A stretch of 63,152 bases of DNA, filler included, from Saprolegnia diclina VS20 (lineage: Eukaryota), in assembly GCF_000281045.1 (NCBI RefSeq). It is 16 parts of 6 records of this genome, joined end to end, with 100 filler letters (N's around TTAATTAATTAA, not from the genome) between each part and the next. Parts side by side here need not be neighbours in the genome. Positions count along the whole stretch, not along the records: positions 27,989 to 36,227 come from NW_008246261.1; positions 36,328 to 37,377 come from NW_008246261.1; positions 37,478 to 40,840 come from NW_008246261.1; positions 40,941 to 45,175 come from NW_008246262.1; positions 45,276 to 48,093 come from NW_008246262.1; 11 more parts are not named here. One strand, written 5' to 3'. The position numbers and the translations under genes are program-made. Positions 32,877 through 45,733 of the stretch are shown here, in pieces. The notes under the pieces were generated by a model, which ran no database searches, had not been told where the DNA came from, and saw only the letters and a program-made list of their open reading frames with translations. How positions within the stretch are numbered: position 1 is the stretch's first letter; every line of letters begins with the position of its first letter.

Positions 32877-35800
32877 CATCGTCGTGAGCTGCTCCATCGC
32901 ATCCTTCCCATGCGACAGCGCCGCTGCGAGAACGTCGGCCTTGGACTCGTCCATCGTCAGCACGGTCACCGCGTCACTCGACCTAGTTGCATATATCCTT
33001 CAATTCCCAACATGTCATCTTCTGTCATACCCGCGCAGGTAGGCCATGGGCTTGGCCGTGTACGGGCGGAAGACGCTGACGATCATTTGCACATCGACGG
33101 CGAGCTGGGCGCGGCCGGGCGCCGAGATGGTCTACATCATTTCCTGACTACGAGGAGCTAGGAACGATGCGCCTACCTTGTGGTGCAAGATACTGTTGAG
33201 GAGGTACCCGTCGAGCTCGGTCGCCACGTGCTTCCAATACGTCTGGAAGAGCGTCGACGAGAGCGCCGTCTGAGCTTGTGCCTAATGCACTGTCACTACG
33301 CCGAAGTGCATCGTGCAACAGATGTACCAAGTGCTGCGTCAGCAGTCGCAAGCCGTCGCCGAGTTCACACGATACGTCTTGCACAATGTACTCGAGCGCT
33401 TGTGTCGTCGTCCACAGCGGACTAGAGTTGGCGTCTTACGCGTGGTTCTTAAGGACAAGAGTACCTGGTTCGGTACCGCGTTTCCCATGCGCCGACAATG
33501 GCCGTCACGGAGGCAGTCAGAAGGTCGGCCTCGAGTGCTTCGACGAGCGTTCGAAAGAGCGTGATTTCGTTTTCAAACATGGAGCCTTCCAGTACCAGAG
33601 TCTCGCTGTCGTCATTGCCAGCGTCCTTGTCTGGGACGACCTCGTGGGGCGTCACGGCGTCCGGCGACGCCTTGAGCGACTGCCACACACTCTAATCACC
33701 GAGTGAGGTCAACGCACGCACGTGGTACCACGTACCGAGCCAACTGAGAAGGCAGCCGAGAGTGCAGCCGTGGGTACAATGAGCGACGCAGGACCCAAAA
33801 GCGCGTTCGTTACGACTTGGGCTTCTTCGCGCTTGAGGAGTGGGTTGAGATGCGCGAGTCCTTGCACTTGCGGGAGACGCAGGCGCAACGCAGGGCGCTG
33901 GATCTTGGCGGCTTTTGCCATCTGCAAGAGCTCGACAAACAGCGCCGTCTCGTCCCACTCGGTGAGCACGAGCCGCACAAAGTGGCAGCTGTTGACGGCG
34001 GCGCAATACCGATGCCACGTCGGGTCCTAAGAGGACACGTCACGATGACACATCCCACGTTTCAGACGAGCGCACCGACGGCGCGTGCATGGCTGCATAG
34101 ATCTTTTGGGTCTTGGCATACGTCGCAAAGAGCGTGTACGAGTGCTGCAAGAACGGCTTGAGCACTTGTACAACGTACGCATAGCGATGCGCGGGGTCCG
34201 AGAGCCCTTGGAACCTGATCACAAATTCAGGACAGGACATTAGCGATGTCGGTACCGCTGTTTCAGCGCGTCCAAGCACGAGGCGGCGGCGTACGCGGCA
34301 TTGGTGACGCGGAGGTCGTCATCACTCGCATCGAGCACGAGGTCCCACGCTGTTGCGTCTTGGAGGTACGTAGTCAGAAAGGACTGCGCGTACTCACGGT
34401 CCATCTGGGTCCAGAGGCCAAACACTTTGGGCGATTGTGCGACGAGGTCGAGGACGGTCGGGATGCGCGCGCGTTTAAACTGCTGGTGCGGCTGGACAGT
34501 CACGTAGCCAAAGTCGTCCCGCAGCGTCTGAGAAAAAAGAGATCTTAGTCGGCGCTCAGAGACATATGCACACCTTTTCAAACGCAACGATTTCATCGAT
34601 CGCGTGGCACAGCAGCGGCTTGCTCTAGCAGCTCATCAGTAGGATGCAAATCTCATTACATCCGTGCGATACCTCCACCACGAGCGGCAGCAGCGCCGAG
34701 ACCTTGTGTCGCAGCGGCATCAAAAGCCCTTGAATGAAGAGCGACTACAGACAGTGAACGTCAGTGCACGCAAGCAAACCGACGCTACCATCGCATCCAG
34801 CGGGTGCTTGGTGTCGGGCATTGACGCTGTCGCGTCGCGCAGGGCCGGCGCCACGCACGTTTGAACAAAGGTATAGTGCCCACTACGCACCGAGGTTAGG
34901 GTCCCATCCTCGGGCATACGTGTACTGGAGGGTCTCGAGGATGTACGTAAAGAACCACTCGGGCTTGGTGACGTCGTTCGTCTTTTGCTGAGTGTCGAAG
35001 TGATACCGAAAGCGCTGTACAAGAGGTGAGAGGAGGCACTCGATGGCCCACAGGTCGAGTCCCTACGAGAGAGCTCAGCCAATGGCGTTGGCGTATTTCA
35101 AATGAGCACCGTCGCCGAGCTGTCTCCGATGGCCACGGACGCCAGCGAAAGCTGCAGCTGCACGAGGCGGGCAAACGTAGCGCGAAAAGCCTCGCACGTG
35201 TCGGCCTATGCCTATCGTCAGCGTTGTGCAGGGCGTCGCAATTAGCAAAACCATCGTCTCGCGGTCGGCGTCGCTCAGCGGACGCGGCCAGTCGAGGTCG
35301 CCCAAGATACTCTCGAGCTGTTCGGTGTGGAACGCTTGGAACGCGTGTGCCAAGTACGCCATGCGATCTGTAATGAGAGTCTATGCACGGATGAGCACAA
35401 GACGCAAAGATGTGACATGGGCGTACGCGCAACTTCAAGTGCAAACTGGTCTCGAGACCAAAGAGCGTCGGCAGCCTGGCGTTGATGGCCGCGAGCGCCA
35501 CGAGCGAGTCAATGTCGCCTACGAGTCGTAAATCACATGCATGAAACGCAGCCGTCGATGTTACCGTTGGTGGTGTCCTTGGCGCGAGTGCTAATGGTCT
35601 CGACTTCGAGGAGTACGTTGAGGTACTCGACATGGCGCTGCAAGTGCACCAAGCGGCTCTTTTGCGGCGCAATGAGCGCGCAGAGATCGCCCGTGTAGGC
35701 ATGCAGATCGCTCAATTCAGCGTCAATGACGGCGGCAGAGTCGGCTGCTTCGTGCATGTGCGCGTGCTGCTGCGCGATGTGGTGCTTTTCCTTCGCCTGC

Positions 35801-35967
35801 AGAGCAGGCAACGCGCTTTCGATGGCAAGATTCTCTGCAAGGAGGACGGCCATGGCCTCCTTGGCAGTCACCAGTAGCGCGGTCACTTGTCCTTTCTCGT
35901 AGACTTCCATCGACTCGAGCTGGGCCTCGCATTCCTGCAGGCGATCCTCCGCCGGCGCCTCCGTCAT
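32814..35967 (-). CDS. RINT1: RINT1/TIP20 family ER-tethering protein, many short introns
   Basis: N-terminal coiled coil, LDWP motif, signature LLSPLVQRFRYHFDTQQKTNDVTKPEWFF, C-terminal GRAQLAVDV..VFRPY..LEASHIHALRPSQVLLLLRA* (TGA at 32814-32816; last intron 32983-33030). Confidence 0.85.
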
Positions 35968-36658
35968 CTCGCTGTTCGACACGTTGCCACTCGGTCCGAC
36001 TTTTGGCCAATCAGCGATGACTTATTGCTTCCGGATAAACCTTGTATAATCGATAAATATTTAAATGACACAGTATCTGCATGATAGCATAATATAGTGT
36101 GTCAAAGGGTGCACGTGTATAGTATTATATAGATGCTGGCATCAGGGGTCTTCAACCCACCGTTTGACAAGTGTACACTCTTTCCTAGTGCATCCCGAGA
36201 TGCTACGTCACACGGCTCAAGCGGCGCNNNNNNNNNNNNNNNNNNNNNNNNNNNNNNNNNNNNNNNNNNNNTTAATTAATTAANNNNNNNNNNNNNNNNN
36301 NNNNNNNNNNNNNNNNNNNNNNNNNNNTCGAAGAGACGGCACGGCGCCAACGAGCGCTCGTGCTCGCCAAGCCAGCGTCGTCCGCCGAGTCGGGATAGGT
36401 GTAGTAGGGTTCAAAGCCTCGCTACATAGTATCTTGGTTTCTTATATTATAAGAAACCGAGGCGTTCTCGTCATGCCTTTGGCGGCACGCGATGGGCTTG
36501 TCGAGAGTTGCCAACACGGTTGTGACGCGTCCACATTTCCCGAAAATCGTCACTTTACCCGTCAAAGCGGTGTGTGTGACTGCGGCCAGCGGTGTAATTT
36601 CCGGAATCCGTACAGTACACACCGTAATTCAGTTGCGTACTTTCGAGCCCGATAACAA

Positions 36659-38298
36659 ATGACCCAGCACGCGGACGCGGAATACGAGGCAGCGCTCGCG
36701 GCGGAGGACGCGGGCGAGCGCCTCAAGCTTCTGGCCCGCGACATCACGCGCACCGTCGGCCGCTACGCCATCGCGTGCACATACACCGCCGACACGAGCT
36801 CGGGGCTCCACTTCGGGCGACTGCAACCCAACAGCGCCGCTCTCGTTCGGCTCTTTTTGTCCACGGGACAGTTCGACGTGGCTCTCGCTCGCGTCGATTG
36901 CCAGCCGGGCTCTCTGGTCGTGACGGCGCTCAAGATGCATCCTCGCCCGGCGACGCCCAAGGTCATTCGCCAGCGCGTGCGATACTCGTCGTTTGCGCGC
37001 TGGTCTGGTGACGTCCGCCGCGGCGCCGTCGTCATCCTTGTTTGGCCCAAGATGCTGCGTTTGCGCTTCCTCGGCTTCGAGGAGGTCTTTTCGATGCTCC
37101 AAGACCCCGATGGCTTTGAGCAGGTCGCAGGGCTCATTTGTGGTATCCCTACGCCATCGGTCGTGCCCCATCTCTTGAGCCTTGCGGGCAACGCGACGGG
37201 CGCACCCCGCGCGCCGAACAACGCCAAGGTGCTCGTCGGTCGTCTCTTGGTCGGCGTGGCGCATCCGCTCGGTGCAGAGTTTTGCGTCAAGTTCTTGCAC
37301 AAGACCTCGACGATGGATCGCGGCTGCGAGCAGTTTGTGTTCCGCGCCTTGGCGCTGCACGGATGGATGCGCATCGGNNNNNNNNNNNNNNNNNNNNNNN
37401 NNNNNNNNNNNNNNNNNNNNNTTAATTAATTAANNNNNNNNNNNNNNNNNNNNNNNNNNNNNNNNNNNNNNNNNNNNCCCGGGATCCATTCCCCGATGTT
37501 TGGCTCAGCTCCAAGCTCCCCGCGGTGCTTGCGTACAATGTGAGCATGTACGACACGCCGACGCTGTACACGGTGTCGCAGTCGATTTTGGGCCACTTTG
37601 CATTCTCGCCGGTCAACATTTTGGCGCCCGCCATTGTGCAGCTGGACAACATGCCCCCGAGCGTGATCGCGCTTCTCGACCGCGCCATCGAGTGGCTTCA
37701 CTACGATCGATCCTTCGCGACGACGCGCGGTCTCACGAGCTTGCTCCAGCTTCTCTTGACGCACGACCGCCTCGGTGCTATGAACCCGCTCTGGTCCCGG
37801 ATCGGCGTCGTCATTCCGGCCATCTTCCAAGTGGTGACAACGACGACCCAGCAACTCGACGCCACGACGCTGGCCGTGTTGGACGCTGCAGTGACCCTAA
37901 ATTTCGACGGCTTTGTGATGGCGCTCACGGCAGACTCGGACGATCTCGACCTGCTTTGCGACGAAATTTTGGAGCGAGACAGCAATGGCGAGCCAACGCT
38001 CTACGTCGAAATCCAACATCGTCTCATGGTCCACACCGTCGAGTACCTCGCCCAGGACCCGGAACACCCGCGGACGCTCCCATACAGCACGCTGCAAGGC
38101 CTTTACCGTCGCTGTGACTCTCCGGATTGGGCTTGGGTCCTTGCGCCGCTCGTCTTGAGCCTTCCGGAGGGCAACGACCAGAAGCTCGCGTTTGCACACA
38201 AGTGCATCGACCTGCTCACTCGAGCTGTGGATGACAACCCGTTCGTTACGAACTCCCACTGGCGTCAAGCCATCGAGCAGCTGCGCAATGTTGTCTAG
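36659..38298 (+). CDS. Hypothetical protein (~595 aa when reconstructed) split by an assembly spacer
   Basis: Two open frames either side of the spacer. The paralogous copy at 39651-40063 supplies a 248-nt bridge that joins them in frame. Confidence 0.7.
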
Positions 38299-39236
38299 AT
38301 GCCAACAGTTTCACGACTAACTACTCAACACGAATACTTTTTGCGTGCGATTTGCGTCCAACATTTACTTCTTGTTTGCGATACAGATCGATAGCTGAAA
38401 GCTGCGTGGGTGACGTGTGCTTGCTTCTTGAGCTTGTCGTCGCATCGTTCACGGGCGATTGGAGGTCATCGAGGAAACCACATACATGTACGCTCGCGCC
38501 GGTTGACGCCGTTGCGCGTCAGCCAGCTTGGCGACAGCGACTGTGGGACCCTACACGTTCAGGCTCGAAACAGCAAAATAGTGGGTCAATTGTCTTGGTG
38601 ACGGCTTCGTACCGTGGGTCGTGAGCGTCCTTCGTTCGAGGCTTGGCGCAAGCACGGGCTTGCGTCCTTGGGCGCGTCATTCGTGGAGACGCCGATCATC
38701 GTGCTGTCCCTCTTGGTGGTGCTAACCTATTTGAGCACGCTTGGGGTCGCTCGGGACCGAGGATCTTGAGGGCGCAGTTGTCCTTGCTGCTCCGGGTGCT
38801 GGACGTCGACAGCTTCCACTTGATCGTCGTCGTCACCGCAGCCTCGGCCGGGCCATTGCTGTACTTGGTACCTTTGAGCCGCAAGTTGGGCTGGACAAAG
38901 GGCGTGTTGAAGAAGACATCGAGCCTCATGTTACAGGCGCTACTGTCGGCGCCGTGCTCTTCGTGTTGATATCTTGATATGTCGCCAACTCAGGAATTCT
39001 TGATGGTCGGCAGCGCGCGGCTTTCCGTTGATGACACTGAGCTCGACATGATGCTCAGCGCTGGCTTGTTGATTCTAAGATGCGCTGGTTCGGGCTTGCT
39101 GCGTTCGCTGTAGTCACAATCGTTGGCGCTCAAGGTTGCGCTTGACATCCATCGGACGGGCTGCGGCGCCGTGCCTCGACGCCCGGTTCTTGTCGGTGCT
39201 GCTTGCTGCGCCGCTCTTCGGGCTGCCTCAAAAGGC

Positions 39237-39333
39237 GCCGCACCTCTGGACGCAGCCGCACCTCTGGACGCAGCCGCACCTCTGGACGCAGCCGCACCTC
39301 TGGACGCAGCCGCACCTCTGGACGCAGCCGCAC
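39237..39333. repeat. Minisatellite, 18-bp unit GCCGCACCTCTGGACGCA x ~5.4
   Basis: Five perfect head-to-tail copies plus a partial copy, with no spacers. Confidence 0.95.
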
Positions 39334-39650
39334 TGCCCGCGCTCTTCCCGGCGCGCTCGCCACGGCCATGCGGTGCCACCTCGCCGACCGGATAATAGGG
39401 AAATATACGGTAAATGTACGTGACCAGGTGCTGAATTGAACAGGTTGCGCCGAAAAGAAGAGGCCAATCGACATGCACCCAGCGACTTTGCCGAGCGTTT
39501 GCGCCGTCGCGCTGTGCGCCGGGCAGTGACGCGCTCGTCGACAAGATGCTGCAAGGCCGCCGCTTCTCCCTTACGCCGACACGCTCCGACCCTCGGCGAC
39601 TGTACCTCCCTATCGACCTCTCGTGATGAGCTCCGACACGCCTTTCCTCG

Positions 39651-40063
39651 CGACGATGGATCGCGGCTGCGAGCAGTTTGTGTTCCGCGCCTTGGCGCTG
39701 CACGGATGGATGCGCATCGGATACGCCGTCGTCATGATGCTCAACCGCTCCTCGGCGTGGCACGCGGCCATTCCGTGGCTCGTGCGCTTCGTTTTGCCCG
39801 CCGACGCCATCAGCATCCGGGGCCAGGCGCAAATCCACGAGTTCATCAAGAAGCTCGACAAGCCGTGCTTGTTCTGGGCGCGACGGCTCGGGACCTACTC
39901 GTCGACGAACGATTCGGACCGCATCGACCTCATGGCCGACCTCTTCCGGCTCGAGGCGTTTGTTGCGTCCCGGGATCCATTCCCCGATGTTTGGCTCAGC
40001 TCCAAGCTCTCCGCGGTGCTTGCGTACAATGTGAGCATTACGACACGCCGACGCTGTACACGG
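39651..40063 (+). pseudogene. Partial duplicate of the middle of the 36659-38298 gene
   Basis: 39651-39720 = 37308-37377 and 39969-40063 ~ 37478-37573, with a 1-nt deletion (AGCAT-TAC vs AGCATGTAC) and one substitution. Confidence 0.8.
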
Positions 40064-41598
40064 CGCACAACTTTATCGATAGCTAGATTTTAGTTCTCGA
40101 CTTAACCAATCATCAATCAACAACATTTTCCCACTGACTATATTCCTTGTTTGCTGACGTGCTAAAGGCATACCATGATGCTTTCATTACCGCTTGGACC
40201 TCGAGCGAGACCTAGATTGCTAGACTAGCCCGGCGTCATCTAGAACTCGACGCAAGACGACGCACTTCAAAATGATTTCGCAGTTAACACACTCGGAGGC
40301 CGAGCGCACTCGCCTCGTCCCTGCCAACTCAAAGGATCCGTACGCAGCGTACCACGGTATCAAGTCGAAGGATTGATACGGTGTTGGATTGCCAACGTTG
40401 CCGCATTGTGGCCAAGTAGCAGTTGCTGCGCCAGCAAAGCCAGGGCAACGCGTCGCGCTCGGCCCCGTCGGCTTGTTTCTGAGCGCATGACGCAGCGACG
40501 TCGACTGGTGCCTTGCTCTCACCATCGAAGCTCCCTGTTTCTCAAGGTGCTGCTTTCGATGCGCTGCCTTCCGATTATCTTTTTGATGGCATCGGTTCCA
40601 TATTTCTCGCAATCACGACGACTGTCGCTACGCTTCACATCTCGGCCGACGCCTAATTCGTGATTTTGTATAACTTTTGTGTGTTGGATCGTAGCGCGCC
40701 GGAAGCAATACGTGGTTGTAGTAATGCTTTCTTGTCTTAATGTCGAATCGGCTAGACCGAAACCCTACCCCTCGTAGCTCTCCCGACAACCGCGTGCTTA
40801 CGGCTACGACACAACCAACGGTGCGTCATTGTTGGGGGAANNNNNNNNNNNNNNNNNNNNNNNNNNNNNNNNNNNNNNNNNNNNTTAATTAATTAANNNN
40901 NNNNNNNNNNNNNNNNNNNNNNNNNNNNNNNNNNNNNNNNGCTTCCTCTTGTCCATCCTTGGCAAGAGAGGCTTTGGGGGCGGTGCGCGTTTTCGAGCTC
41001 GGACTGCAAGTTGTCCCTCGAGGACCAACATCCGTTGCATCAATCAATGGACGTACGCCACTGCGCTGCAAATATTGAGGGTCGCAGTCGGTCGAAATTC
41101 AAAGAAAGAAGTACGAAGCGACTACAAGCGCCGGCGCCACCAATCGTGGTCGCAAAGCCAACGCTCACAGGCCCACAAAAACGTATAGCGCCAGTGGTCG
41201 GTGCGCCAGCTCCCAAATAAGTCGTGTCACTGGCCCAGCACCCATCGCAGCCCGACGTCGACGTCCTTGGCGTTCCAGAACATGCTCCATGCTGTCAACG
41301 ACGATTGACGTCCTGTAGGGGATGGCGAAAAGCGTGACTTGTTCAACGACAGTCGCATCACGCTCGCGCTCACCGCTTCTCTTGAGATTTGGCACGTTCA
41401 TATATATTGTAACTTAGTGCCGTCGGACGTCTCTCAAGAAATGCTACGTAATGCGCGAGAGGAAGCGGGAGCGGTCGAGCGGCGAGCTCGACGAGACGCC
41501 AAACTGCAAGACTAGACGTCGTGAGAAGACAAAACTAGAAGTGATATTTTAAACGAATATTAAAGTGTAAATCTAGACTTCCTATGCTGGACACTATA

Positions 41599-44582
41599 TC
41601 CTAGACAAAGGTTACGTCAATGCATCCACCCCCGGACGTGCGGCCAGCACAAGTCACCATGCAGCCCCACTGAGATGCGGCAGACGGGAAGGTACGTGGC
41701 GTGAGCAAGTCAAAAGCCGAGCGTGGAACAGTCTTCAAACCGGCGTTTTGACACGGCGTGGTGGGAAGGATGTTGACGCAAGTTGGAGGCACGCGGTACC
41801 ACCGGTGATCGGGAGGGACACCCGGAACAAACGCGGCCACGGTACGAGGAGTGAAGCGACGCGGGCGAGTCACACCACGTGGTTGCATTGAGGCGCAAAG
41901 CGCTCGAGATCTCCTATTCTTTAAACGAAAAAAGATCTCGGTACACCCTCCTCGGTGGGACAACCGGAGTCGAAGCCACTTTGATCGCGAAGCGGTCGCA
42001 CCAGCGAAGCGAGGCCGCGCACGTAGTGTACACGTTGGTGATGCGCACGCAGACGACCTGCCGGCGTGTGATGTTCGCGTCGCGGAAGCCTCTTGCTTGA
42101 AGTTTCCGGATAATTCAGCTTTTCCGCATATGTGTCCCGCGAGCGTCAACAGTGAAGTCAAAGTAAACCCGATTCAGGCTTTTCAACAATGGTGTCGGTG
42201 GATGTCGCCTCGCCGGACGTTGAAACCGATATCGCTGTGATTTGCCAGATCCGGTGGCCGCTGGGAATGTTAGCGCTCTGATTTGTCAAAAATCCGTAGA
42301 ATATCAAGTGTTCGTCATTGTGATTGGTCAAGAGTGGTGGAAGGTTGCGTGTGAGTGCTCCAGCGATGTAGCTGAACTATATTGGAATCAAATGGACGTT
42401 GCGTGGAATTAGTGCCTGGGTTCGATTGGCCGACACGCTGCTTTTTTGGCAACGGAAACTGTCGCCGTTTGTGGTGGCGCATTGTATCTGCAGCGAATGA
42501 CGACCAGAAAGGCCCATGAGCGCAAGAATGCGGGGGCGCGAGCGCTTTACGAGAGAAGGAAACGCCTTCGTGAAGCGGAGAGTCAGCTGCTTGCCCAGCA
42601 GAAGGAAGAGAAGCGCGCCAAGGCAACTGCTGCCAAACGAGCACGACGCCAGCGGACCAAGTTGAGCGAAGCCCTTCACGGGTTTGGAGCGCTCGAATTC
42701 TATAGCGATGGCCTCCTCGCGCCCTCTGCAGCATCACCTCGGATGTATGATCCACCTCGGCTGCCTCATCCGTCTCGAATGCAACAGTTCTGTCGTTCAG
42801 TGGTCGACTGCGATAGGATGCCTGTAGAGCAACTCTACGCCGGGCCGGCTGTTGAGCAACTTTGTATGGCGCCGGTTTTTGTCAGGCTGCCTTCTCCTGC
42901 GCCACAAAGTCACCGGCGTATGTTGTCCCCTATGCCTGTCAATGGCGCCGGCTGCGTATCCCCGCTTGCGGTTGTGGATCACCTACGCCCTGCGTCGGGT
43001 CCTATTGGCTTTCGTTCTTCGAAAGGGAAGGGCCGTGCGAAGTCATCACCTCTGGAGCACGAGCCTGACTTGGAGCACGACCTCGATGTCGATTCCGACT
43101 ATGAACCCGACTCAGACTTTGACCTCGATTCTGATTCGGACTTGGCACCTACGCTGCGACCATCCAAAGGCAAGGGCCGCGCCAAGCCTCCTCCAAACGG
43201 CAAGAGCCATGCCAAGCCTCCTTCCAAAGGCACGGGACGTGCGAAGCCTTTACCACATGAGCCACATCATGAGTTGGAGCCGGGCACGTGTCCGATATCG
43301 AGCTCTCAGCCGCCGCATCATTGTATCCACCATGTGGCGCCTGAGTGCTCTCCTCCCCGTGAGAGTTCAGCTTCGCCTGCTTCAGCTACTGCAGACTCTG
43401 TTGCTGGAGACGAAGATGCTTTCACCGTAATGATGAATGCACCCGACGTTTTTATTGGCGACGATCACTCGGCCGAATTGGACAATGAACCTCGCGGGGC
43501 CTCGAACGCACGCTGCACGATTGACGAGCTTCTCGAGCGCCACGTCCCCGAGCACAAGCTGCAGGGTTTTACGTACGTGTGCGAGTTTTGCGAGCACGCC
43601 TCATGCCGTCCGATGTGTACAAGCTTGGCTCACCGTGCTGCAGCAATGGAAAGATCGGCGTCGAACACGCGTGCGAATCCCAGCGTGACTTTCCTGCAAG
43701 CTACAAAAATCACACGCCTTGCTGCAACAACGATATCGTCGGTGTCTACCATCCACGCTGGCCTACAAGCCGAAACTTGGCCTCTCACGTTGCTCATGTG
43801 GCTTCTGTTGAGATGTCTCTCTGGAGCGTCAATGGCGTCAACTGCTTCGACCAATACGCGGCGCTACTGCGCACTAAGAGCTTTGTGGTCAATCTGTGTC
43901 GGTACAATGCAGCCTTCCAGTTTACTAGCATCAAATACACTCGGCTGGAGACCATCCCCGGTGCTGGACCCATGGCTTTCGCCATCGAAGGCGCTTTGTA
44001 CCACTTCTTTGGCCGCTTGGATCATGCTCTTGCGCAACCTGGGCCCAAGACGAGGTTTATGCAATGGAACTCGACTCATGGTTCGCGCTTTGCGATATCG
44101 ATGCATTGAGGCTAATATATTAACCGGTGCGCATGCTGGCGACGTTGTCGTCATACCTCGCATCACGCTTATCAACGACGGTCCGCACAACACGCTACCA
44201 TTCCAGCTCAAGCGTCTACAGTTCCCTGTTCGTCTCGCATTTGCGATGGCCATTGACAAGTCCCAAGGGCAGACGGTCCCTCGCGTTGGTATTTACCTTC
44301 CGGAACCCGTTTTCGCACACGGGCAGCTCTACGTTGCAATGTCACGCGTACAGGCACGCGCCAACATCCGAATCTTGGCTCTCAACTTGAGAGCCAAGAT
44401 TCGGATGTTGGCGATGTTTTTGCCGTACGTACACCAAAAACATCGTTTACGACGAGGTTCTCGACGAGACAGACCACACAGCGATGAACACTACGTCTTC
44501 ATAAATATATGCCTCCTACCATATCATCCACCAACTCCTATACGGTTAGGGAGTGGCCGTACGGCCACTGGGCTCACCCTAG
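41599..44582 (+). mobile_element. Internally deleted Helitron (RepHel N-terminus joined to PIF1-helicase C-terminus); 5' end tentative
   Basis: CEFC..CCSNGKI, YNAAFQFTS..GPMAFAIEGALYH (N-terminal region); IMLLRNL..GLCNGTRL, QFPVRLAFAMAIDKSQGQT, VFAHGQLYVAMSRV, TKNIVY (helicase). Canonical 3' end present; 5' A|TC at 41598/41599 is only a candidate. Confidence 0.9.
44552..44582 (+). other. Helitron 3' terminus: palindrome + CTAG
   Basis: Perfect 18-bp palindrome AGTGGCCGTACGGCCACT (44552-44569), 9 nt, then CTAG (44579-44582) followed by T. Confidence 0.9.
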
Positions 44583-45660
44583 TATACATGTAAACGGCAA
44601 AGAGAAATGTCGGCGCGAACCAAAAGTATCCGGACGACGGTTGGAGACGGTTGCGCGGTGCGCGTCCACAGTTCGGTAATCGCTGGGGTCGGCCATCGGT
44701 GCAGCGGCGACGAGAGCACCGTGACAAGACGTGGTCGCAGCAACCAGCTTGAGGCGCCGTGATGGCAATTCTCGTCGTCGAGAGCGACAAGTTTCACGTC
44801 GAGAGCCGGTAGCACTCTTTCTTCGTGCTGCTGCGCCAGACAAGGCTGAAGGAACTGCTCAGCCTATTAAAAGATGTTGTGGACAGGGTGCGTCTCGTGA
44901 GCTCTGAGAGACCCAGGCGAGGACTCTAAGAGCTCGAGAGGCATCGGGCGTGGCTTGGTGTTTGACAAGCCGTCTTGAGTTCTGCGAAGTAGTTCCCCGC
45001 GTGTTCGCACTTGTCGAGCGAGATACTTGTTGATAAGTTGTTATGGACTTTGTTCGAATATAGAAAGGCGCATGTAGGAAGCATCGCTGGTTCGTGTTGG
45101 AAGGTCACGCCTTCTTTTTTAACCATGTTTCGCCTTATCTTCAAAATTACACAGAGACTTCGCATACGTAGAGACNNNNNNNNNNNNNNNNNNNNNNNNN
45201 NNNNNNNNNNNNNNNNNNNTTAATTAATTAANNNNNNNNNNNNNNNNNNNNNNNNNNNNNNNNNNNNNNNNNNNNAGCAATATGTCGTAATCGTTTATTT
45301 GTCCAGAGATTCGCAGGACATTAGCATTGTGTTGTGGCGGCCGTCAGCGATGGGCGAATCCCGCAAAAGGGGCGTTGCGCAGACTACATCAGCAGAAAAT
45401 GGAAGGTTTCGTCTCTAAAAATACCTGAAATAAAAAAAGGGCCCCGGGTGCCCTGCACAGCTAAGGTCTTCTAGATCGATATTTTTTTGCAAAAATTGTG
45501 GTGCGTCGATCATTTTTTGCAATGCCGTGTGGGTTGATATGGATGAGACCTTCTGCGGTGGCTAGAAGCTGAAGCAGCGTAACAAGCGCTTGTGCAAGCG
45601 CTGATTCGCCACCGCCAGATGAGCGCCGACGCTATCGGCATAAACGACTCATTCCGTCGA

Positions 45661-45733
45661 CTTCTTTTAGTCTAGCGGTTTAGACACTGGTTTACCACCA
45701 GGTAGATCCGGGATCAAGTCCCGGAGAGCACCA
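45661..45733 (+). tRNA. tRNA-like sequence, probably a tRNA-Val(TAC) pseudogene
   Basis: D-arm GTCT-AGCGGTTT-AGAC, anticodon arm CTGG-TTTACCA-CCAG, T-arm CCGGG-ATCAAGT-CCCGG; acceptor stem has two mismatches and the T-loop is non-canonical. Confidence 0.6.

Noticed and set aside
39237..39333. CRISPR-like array
   Set aside because: Head-to-tail 18-bp units with no spacers, no cas genes, eukaryotic context; a minisatellite.
40827..40840. TGTTGGGGGAA at a contig end as an LTR start
   Set aside because: Too short; no partner end or TSD visible.
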